Source of the DNA: Felis catus
Lineage: Eukaryota
NCBI RefSeq assembly: GCF_018350175.1
Contig: NC_058369.1
Coordinates: forward strand, 9,612,001 to 9,676,000
DNA length: 64,000 nt
Reading direction: 5' to 3'
The notes under the pieces: generated by a model
The model's database searches: none
Told to the model about the DNA's origin: nothing
The model's input: only the letters and a program-made list of their open reading frames with translations
Shown: positions 26,094 through 37,530 of the stretch, piece by piece
Layout: the number at the start of each line of letters is the position of its first letter
How positions within the stretch are numbered: the first letter of the stretch is position 1
Program-made: the position numbers and the translations under genes

Positions 26094-26353
26094 TCCCATT
26101 CCTTCCTCCGGGCCTGCGGCGTGCTGTGGACTTTGTGCGCCTGGTGGGCCAAGATGACATCTCGGTGGTCCACCACGCCGCCGCGCCGCTTCAGAGGGGG
26201 CCCGGGGCAGGGGCCGCTCATCCGGGGGCCCCGTGCGTCCTGCGGGGCGCCGGCCGTGCCGTCCGCCGCCGGGGGCCCCCGGCCGCCGTCGTGCAGGGCG
26301 TCATAACTGCGCGGGGAGAACATGGGATCCGGGACCCGGGAGGCCTTCCACAT
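26094..26353 (-). CDS. CACNA1A: Coding part of a far-upstream exon encoding an N-terminal extension of a Cav2 voltage-gated calcium channel alpha-1 subunit (probably Cav2.1); spliced in phase 2 to an exon outside the window
   Basis: Open frame MWKASRVPDPMFSPRSY...MSGPCPGPPLKRRGGVVDHRDVILAHQAHKVHSTPQARRKEW ending at TGG GA|GTGAGT (donor at 26093). In-frame ATGs at 26353, 26323 and 26221; the true start is uncertain. The C-terminal motif is recalled from long Cav2 isoforms. Recalled CACNA1A exon 1 context (...tgcag|aATGGCCCGC) would complete GA+A=Glu in frame with MARFG. Gene identity not verified by a search. Confidence 0.7.
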
Positions 26354-26407
26354 CCATGGGCCTCGCTCAGAACTCGCAGGGTCTTCGGCCTCCAGCACAG
26401 GGCGCAG
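26094..26407 (-). other. CACNA1A: Complete 314-nt internal exon with canonical splice signals
   Basis: Minus strand: branch-point-like GCTCAC (A at 26441), pyrimidine tract CTCTCTCTGCTCTCCCCTCTAG|CTG (acceptor AG at 26409-26408), donor GGA|GTGAGT. The phase-0 frame has no stop across the exon. Confidence 0.7.
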
Positions 26408-27051
26408 CTAGAGGGGAGAGCAGAGAGAGCGGGCGGACGGTGAGCGCGGCGCGCAGCGAGCAGGGACGGGAGGGAAGGGAGCCCGGGGACAGCCGCTCGC
26501 GCGCTGCCCCCGGGGCCGGGGGTGGGCATTTCCTTGGCAACTCGGGCCGGGTAGCGGGTTCTCGGGAGCTGCCCGGCAACCGACGAGGCCCTGACGGAGG
26601 CCCTGATGGCGGGACGCACCGCGGAAGGTGGGACTCTGGGTGGCTCAGCGCCTCGGGGCTCCTCCCTGCAAAATGGGTCATCGAGGGCCTGCTCGTGGCC
26701 TCCCCTCCCGCCCCTGGGTGTCGTGAGCCCCACAGAGTCACTGGGAAAAATCAAAGGACGAGGTCAAGGGTCGGCTTTAAAAACCCACGTGGGGCGTGGC
26801 CATCTGTCCAGTGAGCCTGCCTGCTCTTGGCCACCTGGCTGGGTTTTTGAAAAGAGAAAAGGGACAGGGTTCCCGCCATTCACAAATGCATGGGGCGGGG
26901 GGCGGGGGGCGGGGGGACAGCCCAGAATGTGACAAAGGTCCTCCTGGCATGAAATGGTCAGTTGCGGCGGGGAGACAGACGGATGATGAAGCCACTAAGT
27001 GCACTATGTAGAGATTAGGGGGCTCAAAGTGCGGCGGAAATTACTCGGGAA

Positions 27052-27415
27052 AGGTGTTTTGTTTGCTGCTACCTACAGACTAGGTGGCTTGAGCAACAGA
27101 AAGTTATTTCCCCGCAATTCTGGAGGCTACAAGTCCAAGATCGAGGTGTTGGTAGGACTGATTCCTTCTGAGCCCTCTCTCTTCGGCTTGGAAATGGCTG
27201 TCTTCTCCCTGTGTCTTCACATGACTCCCTTTCTGAGTGTCTGTGACTTAATCTCTCCTTGCCAAGATACCAGCTGTATTGGATTAGAGCCCACCTATAT
27301 GCCCTCATTTTATTTGAATTAACTTCTCCAAGGGTCCTGTCTCCAAATACAGTCACATTCTGAGGTATTAGTGTTTCAATATATGAGGGGGGGGGGACAC
27401 AATTGAGTCCATAAT
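27052..27415. mobile_element. MaLR LTR (MLT1 family)
   Basis: ggtggcttgagcaacagaaa...aagtccaagatcgaggtg...ctccaaatacagtcacattctgaggt. Confidence 0.8.
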
Positions 27416-27464
27416 AAAGGGTGACAGGAAGTGTTGGATGGGCTGGGGTTTTTTTTTATTAAAT

Positions 27465-27765
27465 GGGGGGGGATATCAGAGAGTCTCCCTGAGGGAATGA
27501 CATCTGAGCAGAGGCCCTAAGGAGGTGATGCAGGAGTCATGTGGGTAACTCAGGGAAGAGTGTTCTAGGCAGAGAGAAGAGCGTGTGCAAAGGTCCTGAG
27601 GTAGGGCTGTATATGACGTGCTCAAGGAACAACGAGGAGGCCCCAGCGGCTGTGAGTGCTTGAGGACGGAGTAGAGGAGATAAGGGTGGAGAGGTGATGG
27701 GACAGAGCTTGTGGGACCTTTTGGACCGTGGGGAGGACTCTATTTGGTTTCTCCTGGAAGGAGAT
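27465..27765 (-). mobile_element. L2 fragment
   Basis: gacatctgagcagagg...gtgcaaaggtcctgaggtagg...aaggaacaacgaggaggcc. Confidence 0.75.
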
Positions 27766-29199
27766 AATCCACGGCTTTTTTCCACGGCCCTGGAACACTC
27801 CACCCAAGCAATTCTTCAATCTCAAACCTATTTCTCCCACCTGAAAAGTGGCCTCTCAGCGTCCGTCCAAGAAAAGCAGACCCACTGGAAGGCTAGCATG
27901 AGTGAAACAGAGTTGTGAGGCTGAATCTCACGCATGAATGTTGATAAGCCACCTCAACACCCAGAGGAGAGAGGTGCAGAGGAGGAGGCCACCTCTGGAT
28001 TGCCGAACAACAACAACAACGTATGTGGGAATGGAAGCTCATCTTCCCCAACCCACGCCCCCCCCCCAACTATTTCCTGTTTCCTCTCCCCCTGCTGGAA
28101 GCATCCAAAGACTGAGAGCTCTCCTAGCCTGTCCTGAGCCGATCGGCTCAATGGCAGTTTAACGTCAACAGTTACCCTCTGTTTTCTTTCCAAATCGTAT
28201 ACCCGATGGGGTTTAATAGATCTCTCCTTCACAATGCCTTTAAGCTTCCATTTACTCTCAGGAAATCTTACGCTAAGTCATCTACAGTCGTGCGTTTAGA
28301 AAGCCTTAGTTTTTCCGCATGCATTCCCCTTGCGCTGAAAAAAAAAAAAAATCTGTAATTTCTTCATGAGCATGTACCCGGGGAAATACAACTGAGGACG
28401 GAAGGTGGATTCAAGTGCCTTGCCACCAGGTTCCATTTCTACCTGCAGAAGTCACCCCTCCCCCCCCCCAAAAAAAATATCATTACTGCCTCAGGATTGA
28501 AAAAAAGAATCCAGCTTACAGGTTGGGGGTGCTGTAAGGATCCACCACTTAGCTAAAACCCCAGAGACCAGGCACAGCAGAAGCACCTTGATGGAGAAAG
28601 TCCTGCGCATCTAAAGATGTATTTGCACCTGGGAAGGTGGGAGGAGGAACAGGAAAGACAAAACCGAAGGCACACATCCCGGGTGACATCTTCTGGGACA
28701 TCCCCCCACTTGTCCTGCAACCCCAAAACAAGACGCTCCATACCCCACACCGCCCTACAGCGCATGCTCCCGGTCTCCCCATTTCCTTGCAGGCTTCCCC
28801 ACTTACCATGTAGTCACCCCCATCCCCTCCTCCCCCCCCCCCCCCCCCCCCCGGTTCCTGAGCTGCCGCCACTCCCTGGGTCAAAAGCATCACCGGGTCC
28901 CAGCCGCTGGCCTCCAGAAATATATCCTGGAACTGATCAGTTTTCTGGCCACTGCCTGCCCCCTCCCCCAACAACGCTCGCTTGGACTTGGGCAGCTGCC
29001 TCGCCCGGGTCAGCGGGCTTCCCGAGTCCCACCCTGTACTCGGCTGGGCAGTCAGTGGGTCCTTCTGACAGTCTTCGGTCGGCACTTCTACTGTTACAGG
29101 AATAGAAGCCACACCCGACAGGGCTGTCCCGTCTCCCTGACCTCATCCCCTTCACTTCTCCCCTCTGCCTTCCCAGCTCCAGAGTCAAGGGCCTCCTCA

Positions 29200-29495
29200 C
29201 CATTCCTGGTCTCTGCCGAGCTCCACTTTGCACCTGCTGCCCCCCTCACGTCCGATGGGCTGACTCCCTTTCATCATTCAGGGCTAGGGTCAGATGCAGG
29301 CACCCCCCCATCGCATCCTCCAGGGCGGTCTTCCTCATGGGGCTGGTCAGTCTCTGGGACTGGGACCTATGTGTAGCCTTGGATAACATCTGCCGCCCCC
29401 AGAGGATGTCAGCACCACGGAGGCAAGGATCACGACCTGTCTGGTTGGCGTCGGGTCCCTGCCACCTTAAATATTTCTTGCCTGGATGAACTAAG
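29200..29495 (+). mobile_element. L2 3' fragment
   Basis: cactttgcacctgctg...tcattcagggct...aaatatttcttgcctggatgaa. Confidence 0.55.
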
Positions 29496-30687
29496 GGTCT
29501 TAGGAAAGGGTCTCCCCAGCAAGACATCATGAAGCGCCTTGCGACTGCCCGGGGTCCAGGGCTCCACCTACGGAGGGAAGGGACGAAGTATGGTGGGAAA
29601 GATGCCGGGTCCTACCCCAGCACACGACCGACTCGCTGTGTGGTCCCCAGCAGTTTGCTCAACCTGCTTCCTCCTACACAACGTGGAGGTGATGGTGAGT
29701 GCCACAGAGAGCCACAGGGGTCGGTGAGCTAACCCGTGGGAAGACAGCATCCTGAGCACGGCGCCGGGCCACGGCAAGTGCTTGGTCAGCACAGGCTCCC
29801 TCATGTTGGTATCGCGACAGGCAGGCGGAGCCTGGTGGCAGAGGGGACAGCTGCCCGAGCGACACCATCCAGCGTGCTCTGCGGTGCCCTCGCGAGCGGT
29901 TCCAGCAGGGCCCCAGCTGTTCCGTGTGTACACACGAGAAACAAACACATCCCCGGCCAACGGGCACTTGCCGGCCGGGTGTCTGTCCCTGGCACCTGCT
30001 GGGCCCCCTGGCCAGGTGCGCTGTTCCCCCTCTCTGTTTGCCCAACCACTGCCCAGAGGAAATGGCAAAGCATATGGGGTTTGCTTCCCCCTGGAAGCAG
30101 TGAACAGACAGCGCAAAGGGAAGACAATGGGGGAGAAAAGCAAACAGAATAAAATCAGGCATGAAGCCCGAGGCCACAGAAAGCCCTGTCGTTAATGTCA
30201 CAGGAATAGAGTTTTACAAAGCACCAGGCATGCTCGTATCCACCACAGCCCCGAATCCCAACTGAAGAGCCACCCGAGAGGGGGGACTGACCCCCTACTG
30301 CCATGCCTGGACCAGCCTGGGTTTCCATGGCAACCGGATGGTGCCCGGAGATGCCGCGATTCATAGAGGCTGGTACTGGTGCTCGGGGGAGGGAGGAAGG
30401 AGGGAGGGGACCGCAGGGAAGTCTGGGGGCCTCCTGTGACCCCCTGCGTGTGAACAGGGACATTTACACAGCTGTGCTGGCCACCAGGCTCCACCGCCCG
30501 TGGGCGAAGTAAGTGCTAGTAACAGGTAAAGCAGCTCCATCTCTGGTGAAAATCCGTAAAGGTACAGCAGGGAAGCAAAAAAGCAAAGGAAAACTATTCC
30601 CTAAAACTTCTCAAGCTCACCACATACGTTGGAAAGACACACGATTCTCCTAAATATAGACAGGATGGGAACTGAAAAATGCCCCAA

Positions 30688-31180
30688 GGGGGCGCCTGGG
30701 TGGCTCAGCCGGTTAAGCGTCTGACTTTGGCTCAGGTCATGATCTCGCAGTCCACGGGTTCAAGCCCCACGTCGGGCTCCGTGCTGACAGCTCAGAGCCT
30801 GCAGCCTGTTTCGGATTCTGTGTCTCCCTCTCTCTGCCCCTCCCCTCCCCCACTCATGCTCGCTCTCTCTCTCTCTCTCTCTCTCAAAAATAAACATTTA
30901 AAGGGGCGCCTGGGTGGCACAGTCGGTTAAGCGTCCGACTTCAGCCAGGTCACGATCTCGCAGTCCGTGAGTTCGAGCCCCGTGTCAGGCTCTGGGCTGA
31001 TGGCTCGGAGCATGGAGCCTGTTTCCGATTCTGTGTCTCCCTCTCTCTCTGCCCCTCCCCTGTTCATGCTCATGCTCTGTCTCTCTATGTCCCAAAAATA
31101 AAAAACGTTGAAAAAAAAATTTTTTTAAATAAAAAAAAAACATTTAAAAATTTTAAAGATAAAAATAAAAAATAACAAAA
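30688..31180 (+). mobile_element. CanSINE with a younger SINEC_Fc nested in its tail (30903-31135)
   Basis: Duplicated aaacatttaaa on both sides of the inner copy. Confidence 0.9.
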
Positions 31181-31654
31181 AAGAGAGAGCAAAGAAATAA
31201 CACCTCCACATGGACTTCCTCCCCCCACCTCTTCTCTCTTACTCTCTCTCAGTCTTTACTCTCTTCCATTTGTTGTTTGAGCCTCTCCCAGGTGGTTTCA
31301 CTCCTTCCTGTCTTGGCTGTGTCGTTAACGTGCACACGGTCAATACAGCATCTTAATCTAGCCCTGGACAAAGAAAGGTTGCTAAGTCCCCGCGGAAACA
31401 GTGTCCCCTCCAGAGTCCTAGGCTGAAGAGTGTGAAATTCAGCAGACCGTGGATTCTAACAGCCAGGATGACGGTAATCCAAATGTCATTTTCAGCCGAC
31501 CTTCAGACGCATTTGTCACCTTCCGGATGATGGTTTACTGGGCTGATAGTAACAGTGATTTCCGAGCCCTGAGCAAACACTCTCCGGAGCAGGTAGCCAG
31601 GGATGGGGCGGGTGTTACGCCTCTGCCCCGGAGTAAAAACTCACAATAGGGAGG

Positions 31655-32848
31655 AATAAAAGCAAAAATCAAGAAGTTGGAACTACATCAAACTAAAAAG
31701 CTCTGTCCGCTGCCTTTCAGCCTTTTGGCTAAGATCAAGTATAAAAAGCTTCTGAGTGGAGGAAAATGTTTGCAAATCATAGGTCTGATAAGGAGGGAGC
31801 ATCCAAAATCTACAAAGGCCTCGTGCAACTCAGTATCAAAAAAAAAAAAAAAAAAAAAAATCTAATTAGTGGGCAGAGGAGGTAAATAGACATGTTGCAA
31901 AGAAGAAATCCCAATGGCCATCGAGCATGAGCACGTAAAAAGGTGCTAAGCGTCCACTCGCCATCGGGGAAATGCAAATCAAAACCACACTGAGAAATCA
32001 CTTCACACCTACGAGGATGGTTATTATCAAAAGGACAAGAGAAATGTCACCGAGGGCTTCCAGAAAGGCAACCCTAGGGAGGCCTGGCTGGCTCAGTCGG
32101 AAGAGCATGCAACTCTTGATGGTGGGGTGCTGGAGTCGTGAGTTCAAGCCCCACGTTGGGTGCAGAGATTACTTACGTAAAAACGTACGAAAAAATTTTT
32201 TTAAAGAAAAGAAAAGGTGACCCTGGGCACTGATGGTTGGGAGTGACAACTGGTAAAGAGGAAAGCACCCAAATGTCCATCCACAGAAAAATGGATGAGC
32301 AAAATGTGGTGGAATATTATTAAGTCCTTGAAAAGGAAAGGGATCCTCCGGGCGCCTGGGTGACTCGGTTGAGCATCTGACTCTTGATTTTGGCTCAGGT
32401 CATATGACCAAAGGGTGGTGGGATCGAGCCCTGCATTGGGCTCTGCACTGAGCGTGCAGCCTCCTTGGGATCCCCCCCCCCTCTCTCTCTCTCTCCCTCC
32501 CTCCCTCTCTCCTGCCCCCCCACCCCCACCGGTTGCGCATGTGCTCTCTCGCGCTCTCTCTCTCTCTCTCTAATAAAAAAAAAAGGAGTTATTTTTTGAG
32601 AGTTTACTTTTGGCACACCTGGGTGGCTCAGTCGGTTAAGGGTCCGACTCTGGCTCAGGTCATGATCTCACAGTTCGTGAGTTCGAGCCCCACACGTCGG
32701 GCTCTGTGCTGACAGCTCAGAGCCTGGAGCCTGCTTCAGATTCTGTCTCCGTCTCTCTGTCCCTCCCCCACTCAAGCACGCTCTCTCTTTCTCTCTCTCT
32801 CTTAAACATAAATAAAACATTTTAAAAATTAAATAAAAAAAATAAAAA
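31655..32848 (+). mobile_element. Old L1M ORF2/3' fragments interleaved with CanSINEs (32077-32210, 32349-32585, 32612-32848)
   Basis: ctacatcaaactaaaaagc, gggaaatgcaaatcaaaaccacactgaga, cccaaatgtccatc. Confidence 0.8.
31706..31741 (+). pseudogene. 3'-truncated U2 snRNA retropseudogene (5' end of U2) with target-site duplication
   Basis: GCCTTTTGGCTAAGATCAAGT (31720-31740) is identical to U2 5' sequence; flanked by TAAAAAGCT(T)CTG at 31694-31705 and 31742-31754. Confidence 0.85.
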
Positions 32849-33559
32849 CCAGCAAGTCTCCAAACCACACACACACACACACACACACACAAAAAAAAAA
32901 TCCCTACATCTTAATAAAGGTACTTACATATCCACAGCTGCCCGGTGTTCCAGCCTTCTTGCCTCACATCCTGATACCCACCCACCGAGGGTGTACTGAG
33001 CAGGGACAAACACACACAAAGGCTACCCGATTCGGGCCGCGTGGGCTCACCCCACATCCCACCTTTGCACAGAGAAGCAGAGAGCAAGGTTACGTGAAAA
33101 ATAAACCCCGGGCCAGCAAGAACTCTCCTTGCTTGGAGCAAAAGTGCAGAATTGCCCCCACATACGTGAGAACACAGCTAAATAAAACGCCAGGCCAGAC
33201 GGCAGAGAGCAGCCGGCCAGCAAGGCCCTGAGCTTGGCTGCAAAGCTCCATCCCCCAGCGAGATGCGCAGCTGTGGTCGGTTTTCACCTGCTTTCTCCCT
33301 CGCGGGCCCATCGCGGCACAGCCGAGACACGTGCGCTGCCTCCCACTAGCATGAACGGTTCGCCTGGGATCGCTGGGTTTCACAGGCGGCCCCAGGACAT
33401 TGGCTGGGACTCAGGAGGGAGACGGGGTGGGGGGCGGGGAGACTGCCCCGTGGGGGCTGCTGGGCGGGAATCCATGTGAGCCACTGAATCTCCAGCTGAA
33501 TTCTTTCTCCCAACTTCAGGTCATGCCTCCATTAGCCTCCCGTCACTGGCTCAGGCGTG

Positions 33560-34290
33560 CATTCACCCAGCAACATTTATTGAGCACCTACTGTGCACCA
33601 GGCACTGTTCTAGGCACTGGGAATCCAGCAGTGAACAAAAGAGACTCAAGCACCCTGCGTTCGTGAAGCTGATATTCCAGGGGGAGACACGGCCAGGAAA
33701 CAAGATAAACAAGTAAAACATGCAGACGGTCAGATTGGAAAAAAGAAAATGGGGGACTGAAACATCATTTAGAGAAGGTGGCCAGAGGAGGCCCCAGTGA
33801 GGAAGAAGGATTGAAGACTTGAAAGAGGTGAGGGGGGAGCCATGAGGGTACGTGGGTGGAGAAAAGCATTCCAGGCAGAGGGAAGAGCCCGTGCAAAGGC
33901 CCTGTGGCTGGAGCTTGCCTGGTGGGTTCAAGGAACGGCAAGGAGGCCTGGGTGGCTGGAAGGGAGTGAGTATGCATGAATGGGAAGGAGGGGAGGGGCA
34001 GGCCCGAGGCACTGGGGAGTTAAAACCTTTGGATATGCCTCAACCAATGACTATCTGGGCGTTGGTGGAGAAATGCCCCCCGTCTTCGCAGGCAGCCGGC
34101 TTGGGACTCGATCCCGGATCTACCACCCCTCGCTGTGTGACCTGGGGCAAGTCCCTTCACCTCCCTGGGCGGCAGCCGCCTCCTCGGTGAAATGATCACT
34201 GACTTCACAGAGTTGTAACTGATGAACGGATTTCTACGTAACATGCTTAAAACCGTGTCCTGCACATGCTAAGTCCTAGACACCTGTTTG
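33560..34290. mobile_element. L2 3' end (33560-33990, minus) followed by MIR (34095-34290, plus)
   Basis: catttattgagcacctactgtgcaccaggcactgttctagg; gctgtgtgacctggggcaagtc. Confidence 0.8.
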
Positions 34291-34581
34291 CTTTTATTAT
34301 GCCTGTGGCTGCCAGGATGATTTCATTCTCTCCAGAATCGCCAAAGCCTACTGCGGTGCCGGGCCTACAGGACAGACACAGGAAGTGCTTGTCGAAAGGC
34401 AGGTCAACGATCCCTCTTGTCCGGGCCGGGCAATGCGGCAGCCAGACCAACAATCTGGATGCTCAATGCCATTTATCATCCTCTCTCTCTCTCTCTCTCT
34501 CAAACTTGCTTGACCCCATCCGTGCTGGTAGATCAAAAGTCAAAAAGGACAGATGGCCACGGGGATAAAAAGTTTCTCCCA

Positions 34582-34793
34582 GGGGCACCTGGGTGGCGCG
34601 GTCGGTTAAGCCTCCGACTTCGGCTCAGGTCACGATCTCGCGGTTCGTGGGTTCGAGCCCCGCGTCGGGCTCTGTGCTGATCGCTCCGAGCCTGGAGCCC
34701 GCTTCCGATTCTGTGTCTCCCTCTCTCTCTGCCCCTCCCCCAGTCGCACTCTGTCTCTCTGTCTCCCAGGGGAGACAAAATTTTTTTAAAAAA
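34582..34793 (+). mobile_element. CanSINE with TSD aaaaagtttctccc
   Basis: SINEC consensus and flanking duplication. Confidence 0.95.
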
Positions 34794-35469
34794 GTTTCTC
34801 CCGGGGGAGAGGGTTCCTTCAACGTGTCTTCTTGAACTAAACCACTAAACGGAGGAGGTGGGGAGTGTTGCCTACACTCTGTATCTTTGGATTTTGTTCC
34901 CCCCCCCCCCAAGGCATATTTTTTGACCTCTCAGGTAAGGGTTTCACTATCCCCTCACTCATTCTGCCCTCTGGGCCGGTCACTGCCTGTGCATGGCACC
35001 CACACATTAATACGTTACAACATGAATTCGTCACGATGGCAATCATTGGTGCTGCCATGCGTCGTGCGTTCAACAACTGTTTACCGAGCACCAACTGTGC
35101 GCCCCCGTGATCCAGCTATCGTGTGCCTCGGGATCTTAAAACCCTCGAGAAATCGTCTAGAAGCGGTGTCCCCTTAAGGCTGCATGACACCTCAGTGATG
35201 GTTTTTGCTGGAGACAAATAGCCAGCTACCGAAGTTGGAGCCCCTTTGGACTCCTCAAGACTCTCACGTCCAGTCTTGGCAAATGTTCGAAGACCCAGTC
35301 CCCCTACGCCTTTGTGCTTGGTAACTAAGAGTTGCCGTGTGAATTCGTAGGTCCGTGATGGGGCTCTGCGGCTCTTATCTGACCTGCATGACTTAGGGCA
35401 GGGGCAGGTGGGTCATGTGAAAGAAGAAAAGGAAAATCCGAGCTACGAAAAAAAAAAAAAAATAGAAGT

Positions 35470-35860
35470 CAAAGTAGCCAGTCCCAGAGGCTACCCATTG
35501 CATAATTCCATTTATATGAAATATGGAGACGAGGGGGGACCCCCAGAGGCAGAGAGGAGACTGGTGGTTGCCAGGGAGGGGTGACGCAGGGGGACTGCTT
35601 CACCAGGAGGGAGCTTTCCTTTTTGGGGGGATGGAAATATTCTGGAACTAGACGGGGGGGGGGGGGTGTCGCACAATAGTGTGAAGGTACTGAACACCAT
35701 TAAATGACACGCTTTGAGGGGCACCTGGCTGGCTCAGTGGGCGGAGGGTGCAATTCTTGTTTTCGGGGTTCCAAGTTCGAGCCCCCAGGTCGGGCGTAGA
35801 GATTACTTACAAAAAAAAAATAAATCTTAAGAAAAAGCACGCACTTTAAAATGGAAGGGG
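35470..35860 (+). mobile_element. Old L1M 3' end with a short SINE (35717-35830)
   Basis: ataattccatttatatgaaat...gtggttgccaggg...ggaaatattctggaactaga. Confidence 0.75.
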
Positions 35861-35861
35861 T

Positions 35862-35966
35862 AAAAAATAAAAGAAAAGAAAAGAAAAGAAAAGAAAAGAA
35901 AAGAAAAGAAAAGAAAAGAAAAGAAAAGAAAAGAAAAGAAAAGAAAAGAAAAGAAAATAAATAAAA
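35862..35966 (+). repeat. (GAAAA)n pentanucleotide tract flanked by a 15-bp direct repeat
   Basis: TAAAATGGAAGGGGT at 35847-35861 and 35967-35981. Confidence 0.9.
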
Positions 35967-35976
35967 TAAAATGGAA

Positions 35977-36945
35977 GGGGTGCCTGGGTGGCTCAGTCAG
36001 TTAAGCATCCGACCCTCGATTTCGGCCCAGGTCACGATCTCGCGGTTTGCGGGTTCGAGCCCCTCGTGGGGCTCTGTGCTGACAGCGCGGAGCCTGCCTG
36101 GGATTCTCTCCCTCCCTCTCTCTCTGCCCCTCCCCTTCCCCCACCCCCTCAAAATAAATAAATATATAATTTAAAACTAGGGGTGCCTGGGTGGCGCAGT
36201 CGGTTAAGCGTCCGACTTCAGCCAGGTCACGATCTCACGGTCTGTGAGTTCGAGCCCCGCGTCGGGCTCTGGGCTGATGGCTCAGAGCCTGGAGCCTGTT
36301 TCCGATTCTGTGTCTCCCTCTCTCTCTGCCCCTCCCCCGTTCATGCTCTGTCTCTCTCTGTCCCAAAAATAAATAAATGTTGAAAAAAAAATTTTTTTTT
36401 TTAAAAACTCAGTGTAACTACATCCAGTGATAATTCCTTTTTAAAAAGTAACATAACATATTTTCTTTAAAAAAAAAAAAATAAGAAAGAAAGAAACAGG
36501 AGCACCTGGGTGGCTCAGTCGGTTAAGCATCCGACTTCAGCTCAGGTCATGATCTCGAGGTTCGTGAGTTTGAGCCCCAAGTCGGGCTCTGCGCTGACAG
36601 CTCAGAGCCTGGAGCCCGCTTCGGATTCTGTGTCTCCCTCTCTCTTTGCCCTTCCCTGGCTCAACGCTGACTCTCTCTCAAAAATAAATAAACACTGGGG
36701 GCGCCTGGGTGGCGCAGTCGGTTAAGCGTCCGACTTCAGCCAGGTCACAATCTCGCGGTCCGTGAGTTCGAGCCCCGCGTCGGGCTCTGGGCTGATGGCT
36801 CAGAGCCTGGAGCCTGTTTCCGATTCTGTGTCTCCCTCTCTCTCTGCCCCTCCCCCGTTCATGCTCTGTCTCTCTCTGTCCCAAAAATAAATAAACGTTG
36901 AAAATAAATAAATAAATAAACATTAAAAATTAAAAAAAAAAAACC
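35977..36945 (+). mobile_element. Four tandem or nested plus-strand CanSINEs
   Basis: Heads at about 35977, 36180, 36499 and 36697. Confidence 0.95.
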
Positions 36946-37159
36946 AACAACAAATTTTAAAACGAAGCCAGTGAATTTAAATAGAAAAAAAAAAAATTGC
37001 TTACTAAAAAAGTAGCCAAGACTTAGTAAGCACCCTGTTGTGTACCCAGGACTGTGCGTCACCTAGCCAGGCCTTCCCGAAACCCTAGGAGGCAGCCGCC
37101 AGTGTTACTGGGTGGTCAGCCAGGAACCCTGAGGGGTGGAGGGTCAAGTGATGCCCCAG

Positions 37160-37530
37160 GGCTTCTCAGACTCTGACCACCTCCGGGCTGCTCAGGATGT
37201 GTTCAAATGCAGATTCTAACTTGGCAGAGCTGGGTGGGGCCTGAAACTCTGCATTCTTTTTTTTTTTTTAATATTTATTTATTTTTGAGAGAGAGAGAGA
37301 GAGAGAGAGTGAGTAAGGAGGGGAGGGGCAGAGAGAGGGAGACAGAATCCGAAGCAGGCTCCAGGCTCTGAGCTGTCAGCACAGAGCCCGACGCGGGGCT
37401 CGAACCCACGAACACCGAGATCACGACCTGAGCCGAAGTCAGACGCTTCACCCACTGAGCCACCCAGGCGCCCCTGAAACTCTGCACCCTTAAAGGCTGC
37501 CGCTGGCCCAAGGCCAACACTTGGAGGGGA
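37160..37530. mobile_element. MER5A-like MITE interrupted by a minus-strand CanSINE (37258-37474)
   Basis: aaatgcagattct...gggtggggcctgaaactctgca duplicated around the SINE. Confidence 0.7.

Larger units (their letters stand above)
25900..26720. promoter_or_regulatory. CpG island over the exon; possible alternative promoter
   Basis: Very high GC and dense CpG, GGGCGG boxes, no CanSINE between about 23.1 and 30.7 kb. Confidence 0.8.

Noticed and set aside
25958..26814. Plus-strand ORFs (161 and 193 aa) across the CpG island
   Set aside because: Stop-poor GC-rich antisense frames; splice signals and the recognisable peptide are on the minus strand
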